A stretch of DNA of 64,000 nucleotides. Origin: Octopus bimaculoides (Eukaryota). The stretch's first letter is position 1; the number at the start of each line of letters is the position of its first letter. Location of the stretch: assembly GCF_001194135.2 (NCBI RefSeq), contig NC_068986.1, forward strand, positions 41,442,965 through 41,506,964. Direction: 5' to 3'. Positions 36,319 to 49,938 of this stretch are shown one piece after another. The notes under the pieces are model-generated. The model did no database searches, was not told the origin of the DNA, and was given only the letters and a program-made list of their open reading frames with translations. The position numbers and the translations under genes were made by a program.

Positions 36319-36699
36319 CAGTGGTTCTTAATAGGGATCCATATGAGAATTTTTGTGGTCCATGTAAGAAAAGTAGTAAACTGGGGATCCACAGTAGTAT
36401 TTTAAGGGATCATAAAAAAGAAAAGCAACAACTTTTCCTTTAGATGTGTTTATTGTAAGAAACAGCTAGATTTCTTTTTCTAATGTTTAACATAGTTTAA
36501 CATGTTTCTGGCAACTGAAACATGTTCTCTCAGAGAGTACTATTGCGAAACCTATACAAGTGAATATGAGAAAAACAAATAGGAATTTTGAAAGAAGTAT
36601 CTATAAAACTAGCTTTTAGACACTGAATAGCTATGGGGGCCCACCAAAATAAAATTGCAATTGAAGGGTCCATAGTTAAAAAATGGTTGAGAATCATTG
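36319..36699. mobile_element. Buster/Charlie-type hAT MITE
   Basis: Ends CAGTGGTTCTTAA / TTGAGAATCATTG; 8-bp TSD GTCTAGGT / GTCTAGTT with central TA. Confidence 0.85.
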
Positions 36700-38241
36700 G
36701 TCTAGTTGGGAATTTCACTATTTCTGCAATGTATTTCAGCCACTTTGTTATTTAATCAATAAACCATGCTCAGCCATGATTATTAAATAAAATAAAGATT
36801 TTTCACCAAATGAACAGCATGCATTTAGACAAAAATTTGATGAAAATTGGATAACTTTCTCTCCAAACATGTTACCTGCAGATGACATCTTAGTTTTCAG
36901 CTACATATATAGCAATAATGATTGGTTAATATATTATATTAATGTTTGTTTTTATGTCAAGTTATAATACAAAACAATTTTACATAAAACTGAAGGATTG
37001 TTCAATACTTTGTGCACAGAATATATTTATTATTCTTTAACAAGTATGGTAATGACAGTGACTTCAAAGTTTTTGCCTGATAAGCCATTGTCAAATGTCA
37101 CAGTCTGACAATATCTTAGCAGGCTGAACTTCAAAGTCACTGTCATTACTATTCTTGTTAAAGAATAATATATATATATATATCACCATCATCATTTAGT
37201 ATCTGTTTTCTATGCTGGCATGTGTTAAACAATTTGATTGGAACTGGCAAGTGGGAGAGCTGCACCAAGTTCCAGTCTGATTTGGCATGGTTTCTATGGC
37301 TGGATACCCTTCCTAACACCTATATATTTCATGAATTATGAATTGAAGTTATACCCTAGTATTGTAGCATGGAACAACAATTTAATGTTGGACATATAGG
37401 AGTAGATATGAATTCTTTACATTTTGAGTATCTGGCAGTTGATGCAGAATTATGGAAATCATTACTATTTAAATAATTTATACACAGACCTTTTATACAT
37501 CAAACTTCTTCCTTACCCTAGAGCTGAAAAAAACACAAATAAATCAGTTTTCACATCTTAATATTTTAGCCTATAATGAGTTCAATAAAAAGTGATGGTG
37601 CTTACTTTATATTCTCTTATTTATTTAGGCAAAGACTAGAAGAATGCAATGAGTAGAATGAATATGTTGGTTGCCTTAAGCATTTAGCATTTAAAATAGC
37701 CATATCCAGCCAAAATAGTCAACCTGTTCTATATATCCAAATTGGCCAGATCTGGCCTTTCACACCTACCTTGCAATATCATTCTAAAATTAAGCAATCA
37801 CATCATTGAAACGTCAAAGCTATGAGATAATGTGAGAGTAATTCAAAACAATGAGATTAAATAAGTATTATATTTGACAGAGTAATCTGAATGCTAAAAG
37901 GTTAACAGGTACACACACACACACACAACTTATAACTCAGAGAAAAATATTTGAATGGAAAATTTTTAGGTAAACAGTTGGTAACCTGGCTGCCACAGGT
38001 ATAATTTACAAATGACATCACTCAACCAGAACTTACTAAGGTATAAAAATAAAACCTTATAATTTTATGAGGTACTGTATTAATTATAGTGTAGTCTATA
38101 GTGAAATTAATATAAATTAGGTACTATTTGAGAAATAAAAATTATGTATAGGAACTCATTAAACTTTTACAGAAGACAAACAGGAACCTGATGTCTCTGT
38201 TTTTCCCCAGAGCAAAACAATATTTATCTAGAATTGGAGTA

Positions 38242-39281
38242 TAGTACCATGCAAAAGTCTTTCGCCACTTTAAACTATTGTAAATTTCTACTAACTGCCA
38301 ACTTATGAGTGGATGTTTCGCATTGCATTTTTTACAGATGAAACATTAGCCCTGTTGGAGCCATTTCCATACCTAATCATTATATTTTGCAGTAGGGGCT
38401 CTGAATTAGAAGGAAAGATGTGAGATGACCACCAAAAAATGGCTGAGCTAAAGTTTTCAGCCACCTCACATAAACCAACTGAGATACAATGTTTTAAAAC
38501 AGTAAAATATCTATAATGAAAATTTAATACATAATGTTCATTTCAAGAAGTTACTGTACATTGTTAATATTTCTAATAAGCGAGAATTTGTCAGAAGGCC
38601 TCCAGGAAAGCAAAATGACCCACATTACATGATGAAAACAGTAATGTGATGTTTGAGGGTAAAAGTCTAATGCTTTGGGGATACATAAAAAGTAATGGTT
38701 CAAGAAAGTTGGTTAAAATTGATGGTAACTTGAATAGTGCCAAATACATCCAGTTGCTGAAGGACAATTTGATGCCAGACTTGGATGAAGGTGAGATTTT
38801 TCAGCATGACGGAGCTCCATGCCAAAGATTGTGTGCAACACAACAGAGTCTGGCTGATGAAGGTGTTACCATATTGAAAGATTGGCCAGCTCAGAGCCCT
38901 AACTTAAATATCATCGAGCAAATGTGGACAGAACTAAAGAGAAGAGTTCGTCAGAAGAATCCACACAATCTTGAAGAGTTGTGGAAGCTCAGCTACAGAG
39001 AATGGTATCTCATACCTGTGAAGATGGTGAACGATTTGTACACATCTTTCCCTGGTACATCAAAGCAATTATTCAAGGTAAGGGAAGCCACACGAAATAT
39101 TAATAATGTACAGTAACTTGAAATGAACAGTATGTAGTAAATTTTCATTATAGACATTATTCTGTTTTAAAACATTGTATCTTGATGGGTTTATGTGAGG
39201 TGGCTGAAAACTTTTGTACAGCCATTTTTGGTGGTCATCTCACATTGTTTTCTCTCATTCAGAAAATATTGCATGGAACTG
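38242..39281 (+). mobile_element. Deleted Tc1-like transposon with long TIRs; transposase C-half (38580-39102)
   Basis: TA-flanked ends (C/T)AGT(T/A)CCATGCAA; inverted repeat of about 150 bp (38419-38573 vs 39094-39245); SLMLWG, FQHDGAPC, WPAQSPNLNIIE, frameshifted KGSHTKY*. Confidence 0.9.
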
Positions 39282-40730
39282 TATATTCTATTAGAGATGT
39301 GGGTTATTTCTCATGAAATGAAAATTGAAACCAAGACAAAGGTTTGGTGTTTGGCAGTTTAACACATTGCTTTTGAATCAATTATTGGAGAAATATGGTG
39401 TGGTTGGCAAAAAAAAATCACATAGCATCACAAGAGCTTGATGGAAGCTTTGGTGATTGAAAATAAGGCAAATAGACTTATTAATTAAGAAGGATATTTT
39501 TAAATGAAGAATTTCAGATGTTCACAAAAGAAAAGTGTGACTCGGCTGCTGGAGAAAGAAAAACATTGTATTCAACCATTATTCTCATTTCCTTATGAGT
39601 TTCTACTAAAAATATTCAATAGTATTAGAAAAAGATCCTAATTTTTGCTGCTTTTATATCCTTGGTCATCGTATATATTTAACTCAAAATTTTCTACATC
39701 TAAATTGCAAATGATAGTTATTTCAAAATTATGAGTATTGTAGGAGTACTGCCGAAGACATCTTATTTTAGTGTGCCAGTAGAAAATTTGTATGGTGAGT
39801 GGTGAAGTATTCTTACCAAACTGAAATTAGTATTGCAAACTAAATACACAATTATACAGCGTTATGTACATTTGGGTTATAACAGAGTTAACTCCCTTGT
39901 AGTGCAGTAGCTTGTGTGCCCCTATGACCCTGCCAGCAAAGCATAAGTTTCTGGTAGAGCCTCCTATATTGGTCAAGTCAAAGGAGAGAGGCCAGATTAA
40001 TTATGTACCACCTCTTCCCAAAGGTAAAAGTGAGTGGGGACAACAACTAGAAACAGAAAAAGCAAAGTTACAGAAGCATCAATGACAGTTCAAAACCTAC
40101 AAAACCTGGAAGAAATAAATGTTTGAAGTGCAAGTGGAGATGGAACCCACAAGGGAGGCTGGAAAAGCAGGGATCCAACTGGAAAGAAGCAGAAATGACT
40201 TCTCAGAGCTGAAGATAGCAGAGAAAAGTTGTTGATGGCTTATGCTCCATAGGAAGCAAAGCATTTAAGTAGTAATAGCAATTGGGAGTTGTTCCTACTG
40301 GATAGTGTGGTACCACATTGTAGCTAGGTGGACTGTGTTATCTGAGAGTCAAGTACTGCATAACCACAGACACAAAGCAGTATGTGTGAACCTAGTCCAC
40401 TAACTTCTAAGCTGGTTGTTCATCATTCTATTGACTTGCAAAAGTGACAGCATACTAAATGTATTGAAAGAAATCAGTTAACCCTTTTGATACCAACCTT
40501 CCTCAGATTGCACCCCCCCACACACTCCAGCTCTGTAGTACAAATGTCTTGTTTTCAAAAGTTCTGAATTTAAATCTTCCACCAGAGCTTAGTCTTAATT
40601 TATGTTCCAAACACTAGCTTAATAATTAACAAAGTTATTTTACTAAATTCTTTGTTATATTTAGAATTAAATGAAATAAACACAGAGCATCTTATCTGAA
40701 ATATGGTAACAAAAGGGTTAATATAACAAA

Positions 40731-41175
40731 ATACTGGTTTCAAATTTTGTCACAAGGGTTGCACTTTCAGGGTAGGGGGTAAGTTGATTGCATCAGCCTC
40801 CAGAGTTCAACTAGTACTTATTTCATCAACCCCGCAAAAGAATGAAAGGCAAAGATGACCTGAGTGGAATTTAAAATCAGAATGTTAGGACTGGTAAAAT
40901 ACCATTAAGTCTTTTGCCCAGTGTGCTAACGATTCTGTCAGTTTGCCGCCTTAAAATAAACATTGATTTAAAATTTTGGCACAAGCCCAACAATTTCTAT
41001 GGAGGGGTAAGTTGATTACATCGATCCCAAAGCTTAGATGGTATTTATTTTATCAACCTTAAAAGGATGAAAGGCAAAGATGACCTTGGTGGAATTTGAA
41101 CTCAGAACATAAAGGCAGACAAAATGCCTCGACACATTTTAACTGTTATGCTAATGATTCTGCCAATTCACCACC
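40731..41175 (-). mobile_element. Two tandem decayed family B SINEs
   Basis: Colinear with 9396-9610 on the minus strand. Confidence 0.7.
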
Positions 41176-41370
41176 CTGCCTTCAAAAAAATATTAAAAAA
41201 ATTATATCTGCAACTTTTTTTGAAATAACTTAACTTAGGTTAGACACACAAAGTTGAACAACATTTATCCCCATGTCAGACATTCTTTTTTAAAACAGGT
41301 AACAATTAACATCACATTTCTTCAGTTACACCTGATTTTTGTTTACTCTGAGTCTTGTCTAAATGTTCTA

Positions 41371-41710
41371 TCTTCAACTTGTTTCAGTCATTAGATTGTG
41401 GCCATGCTGGGGCTCCATCTTGAAGAATACATTTAGTTGAATGAATTGACCCCAGTACATTTTGCCTTTTTTTTTAAAGCCTGGTACTTATTCTATTGGT
41501 CACTTTTGTTGAACCATTAAGTTATGGGAACATAAACACACCAACACTGGTTGTCAAATGATAGCTTTTCAGTTTCCATCAACCAAATCCACTCAAGACT
41601 TTGGTCAGCCCGAGGCTATAGTAGAAGACACTTGCTCAAGGAGCCACACTATGAGACTGACCCTGGAATCATGAGGTTGGGAAGCAAGGTTCTTACGACA
41701 CAGCCACACT
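41371..41710 (-). mobile_element. CORE-like SINE family D (decayed)
   Basis: Colinear with 35424-35801. Confidence 0.75.
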
Positions 41711-42112
41711 TGTTGAATAAAAAAATAAAATTCAGTGTGAATGTATCTTAACTACTAACTTGAAGGTTTTTGCCTGTATTATCAAACAAAAGCAAGTCAG
41801 CTTGACAGGAACATACTATTAATTTGAACAAAATAATAAGTCACACAGGTTAGATGCTGCCTGCAGTTGCAAGCTTGTCACCCAATGATACCTAGATAGA
41901 TCAGGCCAGTAAAGATATACAAGTTTCATGGATATAGACACAACACAGCATAAGCTACAGGTAATGAATGTGAAGTTTTTTTTGCATAGCAGTTGAATGC
42001 TATGCTGATTATCAGATGGAGTTTCCCAAATTCATAGACACCTAATAAGCAGCATTGTAGATGTGAAAATTCGCTTTTAAAGTCAATCTAATTCACTGTG
42101 ATTTTTAATATT

Positions 42113-42565
42113 AATTTCAAATTTTGGCACAAGGCCAGAAATTTGGTGGTGTGGTGGTGGTGGTGGTGGTGTTGATGGGAAAGAAGTCGATTTCATTGAT
42201 CCCATTTCTTACTGGTATTTATTTTATCAACTTTGAAAGGATGAAAGGCAATATCAATCTCAGCATAATCAAATTTGCAGATGAAATGCTGCTAAGCATT
42301 CTAATGATTCTACCAGCTCCCACCTTACTGTGATTAGTATTATTAATATATACTTTAAGGTGGCAAGCTGGCAGAATTGTTAGCATGCAGGGTGAAATGC
42401 TAAATGGCATTTCGTCCATCTTTACATTCTGAGTTCAAGTTTGCCTTTCATCTTTTTTGGGGGTCAATAAAATAAGAACCAGTTGAGTACTAGGGGTCAA
42501 GGTAATTGACTTTCTCACTCCCGCTAAACTGCTGACCTTGTGCCAAAATTTGAAACCAATATTAA
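42113..42565. mobile_element. Head-to-head inverted pair of family B SINEs
   Basis: Minus copy at about 42113-42330 and plus copy at about 42357-42565, spacer of about 30 bp. Confidence 0.75.
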
Positions 42566-42829
42566 TTTCAGCCTTGGAAATATTGTAAAAAGGTGTAAAG
42601 GCATGTAGCCTAGTAATTAGGGTGTTGCACTCGTGATCAGAAGATTATGGTTTCGATTACCAGACAGGCAGTTCTTGAACAAAGCAGTTCCTTTCATGTT
42701 GCTTCTGTCAACACCGCTGCAAACAGATAACCCTGTGATAAACTGGCATCCCATTCAACGTTAATGTTAGCTTGCCCATCTAGCCAGCAGGTTGGCAATA
42801 TTGGAAAGCTACAATGCAGCGAAGTGCAT

Positions 42830-43260
42830 TACAACCGGCAGTGAATAACATCACAGTCTGGTTGATAGTTATAAAGGTTAGAAAAGAAAAATTTCTGGAG
42901 TAATTCTTTCAGAATATAATATTCATTACGTTTGGGAAGGATCAAATGTAATGAGTTCCAATCGGTGTTATAGTACCTGCAAATTTTAATGAGCAAAATG
43001 CCATGGAAAAGGTGGACAACGTAACAATGGATTAGGTATTGATGTTTTCCACCAAAAGTCAGGTTATCAATAGGGCAGATGAATTTCTTTGTTAACGACT
43101 AAAAGTAGGGTACTCCTGTTATTTCAGTGGTGCTTACTCTCCAGCAGAGATATATGAAGTATTGACTTACAAGTCATCTGAAATTTGCTGCAAGAGTTCT
43201 ACTTCTGAGTAGGACATTTCCATATTCCTTCAGTTATCAAAGTATTATGGTTTAGTTTTT
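42830..43260 (-). mobile_element. Decayed CR1-like LINE 3' remnant
   Basis: NTDWNSLH..LP and LKELLQKFF...QPD resemble the CR1 C-terminal WNxLP...FKxxLDxFL...PD pattern. Confidence 0.4.
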
Positions 43261-43480
43261 CTGAAAAATATTGCTGGCAAAAGGAATAGAATTAAAATTT
43301 TTTTTTCAGAAGAGTTGAATATTTTTAGTTTTGAAGAGGTTAAATGATATAGAATTATTCCAATCTTATAATCTTCATATTGTAAAGCTTAAAATAAATT
43401 ATTTCCCTTGGTCTTCAGTTTATACTGCTTTGCCTATACATATATATACATAGATATATATACATATACACACAAACATA

Positions 43481-44662
43481 CAGGGTACATTGGGTAAATT
43501 GTCACCATTTTATATATTTAATTTTGATCATGTGCATTGTGTTTTTGATTTTGTTGACTACACAGTATAGCAGGGTCAGTTGGGCAACATCTGTGAGAAA
43601 AGCAGCACCATGATGCAATTGACTCTGCCAGAAATTTGGAAATGACATGCTGTACTGCTTGCCATTCACACTGGAAACTCCAATATGAACATTGCAGAAG
43701 ATTAGGAAAGAGTTGGAGGAGTCTAATGATTGCAAAGGTATGGTAGTTCGGAAAACTCACTGTGATCATTCTGTTAAGAAAAGAACACTTGAATTTGTTG
43801 GTGAGATCCAGGCCATGATTGACAATGTTCCCTCCGAGTCAATCAGGAAGGTAGTGCATGAGACATTTGGTATTCCTTATACAAGATGAGAAAGGGCCAA
43901 TTTTTACACCAAGCCATCAAGGACAAGAGGAAAGACTGTGCTATGAAGCTTTTGAACAAACTCAAGCGTCCATTCCAACCAAACTTGTTTTGATTTTTCT
44001 CAGACGAGAAAAATTTCTGCCAGAATCAGTTGAACATACAGAACCATTGACTTGCCATGTCTCCAAAACATGTACCAAGAGTGATAAAAATCAAACAACC
44101 AGGTGTTTGGAGTGATCACTAGTGATGGCTAGATTACGCCTACATTCATTTTCCCACACAGCCTCAGACTCAACGTGGAGGCCTACATCAAGTGCCTGGA
44201 GGAGGTAGTGCTGCCTTGGGGCAAGAGGGTGGCTGCTGGAAGACCCTATGTCTGGCAATAGGACACTGCACCATGCCACAAAGTAGGAGAACCCAGTCAT
44301 GGCTGTCGAATAATTTCTGTGATCCTATCACCCTTAACATCTGGCCACCTAACTCCCCACACTGCAACCCCCATGATTATTATGTGAGGTGCAGTTGAAC
44401 AATAAACCAACAAAACTCCTTGTAACACCAAAGATGAACTGAAGGCAAGGATTAATGCATCATTCACCAACTTAAACAAGGAGACCAGCCAGAAGAGTTG
44501 CAAGAGATTCCAAAGTTGTCTGGAGGCTGTAGTTGTAGCCAATGGTAATTTTATTGAATAAATTTACTCTTTAGTATTTCAGTTTGGTGAATATATATTA
44601 AAATGAGATGCATTATTTTCATTTTTGCAGAATTCAGATGACAATTTATTCACCGCACCCTG
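43481..44662 (+). mobile_element. Decayed maT (DD37D) transposon
   Basis: TA|CAGGGT termini. YVWQ*DTAPCH...IWPPNSPHCNPHDYYV gives 37 residues between the last two Asp after correcting one frameshift. Confidence 0.9.
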
Positions 44663-44670
44663 TACATATA

Positions 44671-44715
<45 letters not shown>

Positions 44716-44994
44716 TATACCAAGTGCAAAGACCATCTCTATCCACCATACTTTTTGGGTTTTGGTAGATCCTGGTTCGTTGCTGAACCCATGACCCTAT
44801 ATAAATTTCTTTTGCATGATATACTTTAGACCCACCATTATAGGTATATGGTTGGTATATTTGTAGACAACTCAGATGCAATGTATAAATATAAAAAAAT
44901 ATCTATTTTTTTGGTGGAGTGTAGTTTCAACCCGTGGATCTCTGGATTATGGGGCCCAGCACACCTCCATGTGTCACTCTGCTCAACAAATATA

Positions 44995-45203
44995 TGAGAT
45001 GATGAAAAGTTCTTGGCTTTAAGGGTGTTGTGAAAGGCCTAGTTGGAGGCCCAATCTTCTGAGTTCTTTTACAGGGATTAGAAAAACTGAATGACCACTG
45101 CAATGTGTGTGAATCTGACAGGAATACGTTGAATAAAATCATAATTGACTGATCTTCCTGTATTTTGTTTTGCCTAAAGTCAGGAACTTTTCAGCACCCC
45201 CTT
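44995..45203. mobile_element. Mariner-like MITE
   Basis: Imperfect TIRs ...TGAAAAGTTC(C/T)TG(G/A)CTT; same body as 17408. Confidence 0.75.
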
Positions 45204-47424
45204 GTCATCATCATCATCGTTTAACGTCCGCTTTCCATGCTGGCATGGTTGTCTGTGTTTGGTTACATTATTTCTATTACATCAACTATCATATGGTTTA
45301 TTTCTGAGCATTTGATTGTTTCATGTGTATGGAATATAGAACCTACACAATATATGCTGCAGCTTAAGGGATGTTAATTTACTTACTGAAAGGCTGCTTT
45401 TTCACTGCCAATCATCTGAGAGTCATCTGCCGAATCTCATGTTTAGATCCATGTGTTGCAAATTTTTTTTGATTTCTCTTCATTAGTCATTTCCAGATCA
45501 ACCAAAAGCAAATGAATTTCATACATATTTCCTTAACACAGCACAGAAAGTGAGCTTGCTAGTAATATACAGAAACATTTAAGTACAACGTGATTCCAGT
45601 GAACGACTGGTGGGCTACATCAAAGTTTTGGTGCTCCATGGTAAGTTTTGTTCTTGTTTTGCATAGTGAGATTAAAAAAGTAACTCTATATTTGATGGTC
45701 CATGAAGTTTATGTCAAATTTCTTTTGCCTAATTTCTGAAAAAGATTGTATATTGCTGAAGTACGAATACAGATGTTTATGAGTAATTGAATATACAGAA
45801 GAATTTCCTTTTAGTCTAGTTGTAAAATTAGGCTCTAATTGAGGATTTTTTTTCAGTAGCTTTGAATGAGGATTGAACAAGTTTTGTTGTTAAACTCCAT
45901 CACATTATCATTTCTCCTCAAGATGCTGAAAAACTAATGGAAAATTACTTATTAAAATGTAGAACACATTTACAGAACGGTATGAGAACGACAGCCTGGC
46001 CTTAAGAGTGCAAGTACAATATGGGTTGTCAATAAGTAAATAAATTGGGAGATAAGCAAGCAAATTCTGTCAGTTCAATCCTTATTCCAAGTTGCTGAAA
46101 AGGTACATCTACAGAACCTAATTTTAGCAACACTATATATATAAATAATCATCACCATCATTGTTTGAATGTTCACCTTTCCATGCTTGTATGGGTCTGA
46201 TCAAATTCATTGAGGTAAATTTTCTATGGCTGGATGCCCTTCCTGTGGCCAACCTTCACCTATTTCAAAGCAAGGCAGTATTTCTCCATGGCTGGATATG
46301 TTTTTTATGGAAGTCTAGAAACAGTTAGCAATTCTTACCTGAGAGATAGTGACACTCATTTCCAACTATCATATGATGTTAAAACAAATATGGAATAAAC
46401 TTTCAGTTTCAGTTTACCAAATCCATTTACAAAAGTTTGGTTGGCACAAAGCTATAAAAGAAGTTATTTGTCCAAAATGCCACAAAGTGAGACTGAACTG
46501 AAAACCATTTGGTTGGGAGGTAAATTTCTAAACCATACAACCATGCCCGCGCCTGTAATGATAACCATTTAATGGGTTTACCAAGCTGGCATACTTGGGA
46601 TGGTTTGACAGGAACTGGTGAGCCAAAGGTCCACAACATACTCCAATGTTTTCATTTCTAACACCAACAACTTAACAGAGTGTACTGAGCGTTTTTTATG
46701 TGGTGCCAGCACCACTGAGGTCACTAAGTAACTCACAACACAAACCCTGCCTCATATATTTATTCATAATCTATATTGTGTTAGTATTCCATCAAGTATT
46801 ATTGATGGACTATCAATCTTATACCATAGGCATATGAGCTATGTGTAAGCAGATTCTTGTTTATATTTAAATAAATAATCTACTATTGCTTGGCATCTTG
46901 TAAAAAGAGTGGTTAGAAAATCTCGGGTTGCTGAAAAAAGGCCCTAACTTCAAAGAGAGATAAAACATGTATGGATATAGCTCAGTATAACTAGGCAGTT
47001 AAGTTTGCTTTGCAACTATGTGTTCTTAGGTTCAGTCTCACTGTACGGCACCTTGGACCAATGTTTCCTACTATTGCCTCACTCAAAGCAATGTCTTGTG
47101 AATGAAACTAGTGGATGGAAACCATATGAAGTCTGTCATATGTATGCCTATATAAGTGTGTATATGTGTGAAAGATGTAATTTTTTAAATAAAGTAATCT
47201 GAATGAAGAACAAAGTAAAAGAAAAAGTGTTGCATGTTTACATTTCCAGTGAACATTTTTCTGTGCTTCCTAAACTGTAAATCAGGAACAAGTTGGCAAC
47301 AAGAAGAGCACCTAGCAGTAAATATATATAGCTTCAAATAAGAACCTGTTCAAAATATACTAGCAAAGAAAACAAATGTAAAACAAATGAAGCAAACTAG
47401 AATGTTAATCAAGCTGTGATTTTC

Positions 47425-47750
47425 ATGGCTGCATGGTTAAGATTCTTGCTTTGTGACCACATGGTCAAGTGTCTTCCACTATAGCACCAGGTAAACTAAT
47501 GCCTTGTGAGTGAATCTGGTAGACGGAAATTGTAGGGAAGTTTGTTATGTGTGTCTGCATTTGACCCCCACAAAACTTGACAACCAATATTGGTTTGTTT
47601 GCATCCCCATAACTTGGCTAAAGAGATTGACAGAATAAGTACCAAACTTAAAAATATGTACTGGTGTAGATTTGTTTGACTAAATCCTTTCATAAGGTAC
47701 CCCAGCATGGTCACAGTCCAATGACTGAAACAAGTAAAAGATAAAAGAAA
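47425..47750 (+). mobile_element. CORE-like SINE family D (decayed)
   Basis: Colinear with 35424-35801. Confidence 0.75.
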
Positions 47751-48050
47751 TGTCATTTCTTTTTTTTGAAGTTAAGAATAAATATTCAATAAGTTACATA
47801 ACTTTTGACCAGAAAAAATCCTTAGTTGCCATAGTGAATGTATGCCTCAGAACATTTAATTAAGCCTCAAGTTTGAATCCTGTCAGAGTTTGATTTTTCT
47901 TTCACTATTTGAAAGAGAAATATGCATCTATAAGTTACAGTAATAGCTCAGGGAAATTCAATTATGTGTACCAGACTCATATGAAAATTAACCTTGTACT
48001 AAATCAGGTTAAATAATTACCATTAACAGCAAATCTACACACACACACAC

Positions 48051-48088
<38 letters not shown>

Positions 48089-48394
48089 AAAAATATGAAT
48101 GACAAAGAAATAAATGATATGAATGATTATCTTACAGCTGTTTCTGCTATAAGATGTAGTGGACTCATAGTTGAGTGCCTGAGTAACACCTCACAGTTTC
48201 ATCAGAGCCTTGAATAGCAGCTGTAAGCTAATGAAGTTCATAAGATGATTGTTTATTCCTTTGTCATCTCATTTTCTTATTACTGCTGTGTACTCAACTA
48301 ATGTGTCATTCTACACCAGATTATTAGTTCTGCAACGCATAAGCAAAATTATATATATATATATATATATATAGTATCAAAAATGTGTCCTGTT

Positions 48395-48710
48395 TCCTTA
48401 CTTCAGGTATGCTGTTTTGCTTTTCATGACCATGCTTGAAGGGTTTTAACCAAACTGACCCAGGACACTTATTCTTAAACCTAGTACTTATTCTAGTAGT
48501 CTTTTTATGCTGAACTTCTATATTACAAGGATGTAAGCACACCAACATTGGTTGTCAAAGAAGCACAGACACACATGATGGGCTTCTTTCAGTTTTCATC
48601 GACCAAATTCACTCACAAGTCATCCGCTCAAGGTGTCACATAGTGGGACTGAACCTGGAACTATGTGGTTGGGAAGCAAACTTCTCACCACACAGCCATG
48701 CTGGTGCCTA
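48395..48710 (-). mobile_element. CORE-like SINE family D (decayed)
   Basis: Colinear with 35424-35801. Confidence 0.75.
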
Positions 48711-49901
48711 CGCTGCCACACAAATATCTATTAAAGAAAAGGAAAAAAAATGAAAGAATAAAAAGTGTTTCAGTGGAATAGTTTTATTAGTGTTAAAAGC
48801 ATGACCAAAAAGTCATATTCAAGAGTACTTACTCATGTACGATTCTGGGATGTCTTGCTTTCAAGAGCAGTACCCAATTCAATTTAGATTAAAAAGAAGA
48901 AAAATAAAAAGGGGAGGGGAAAAAAAAAAATCATCTTTTCTTATATAATGTTAAATGATGACATTTGCGATCAGTTATATTAATATTATTAACAGCAGGG
49001 AATTGGCAGTTCACACAGTTATTTCATATGGCAGGGCTTGTTAGATGTTTTCTAACTATGATGTGTATGTGTGTATGTAGATGTATGTGAAGTGGTGCAT
49101 ACATCTTTGAAAGAGAGAGAGAAAGAGAACAGCTAATAGGACATCTGAATCCATTTGTTTCTTTTTCTTTTCTTTACTTTACTTTTTCAAATAGAAACAG
49201 TTGATTCGATTTTCCTATAGAAGTAAAGTACTTTAGAGAGGAAGAGAAATACACAGCCTGTGTAATAGCCAAAAGCAACTCACTTGCAAATCAGAATAAA
49301 ATCAGCCAAAAGATGAGCAGAATTGCTACATCTTCCACTGATATAACAGTAATTTTTTTCTTATAACAGCAGTAATTTAAAGTATTCTATAGTTTTTGAA
49401 TACCAGTATCATAAAAAAAAAATAATTGCTTGAGAGAGATTGTTTCTGAAAGAAGTTTTTTTTTTTTTCAAGAGAAAAATTTGAAGAAAAACTTTATTTT
49501 ATATTGTACCTAAGGACTTTTCATGAAAAGCAGCAAAAATAATGATTCCGGATTCTAAATAACTTGGAAGTTTTGAAAAACAACAATTAAGATCTAAATC
49601 ATGAGAGTCCTTTCCCTAATATTCAGAAACTAAATGTAAGGAACCAGATATATAAAAAATTGTAACATGGACAGATAAACTAAAATATAAGTTAATAGGA
49701 ATTGCAGAATAAGGAAACTTACTAACTGTTGTTTTGAACTTTATATTCAATAAATGAGATAAGAATTAAACAAAAAAACATTCAATCAAAAATAAAGAAA
49801 TCTTTGCAGATTAAGAGATTGATTATTGTAACTTTCTGATGAGGAACTGCATATTTAATGAATCACCAATTACAACATTTAAAACTGTGTGTGTGTGAGT
49901 A

Positions 49902-49938
<37 letters not shown>

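Noticed and set aside
43172-43260. Apparent minus-strand start exon MEMSYSEVELLQQISDD with AG/GT boundaries
   Set aside because: No in-phase downstream exon, and the surrounding frame resembles a CR1 LINE remnant.
45498-45640. Plus-strand exon candidate ending in GTAAGT
   Set aside because: Stops in all frames over its full length; ANEFHTYFLN resembles decayed LINE ORF2.
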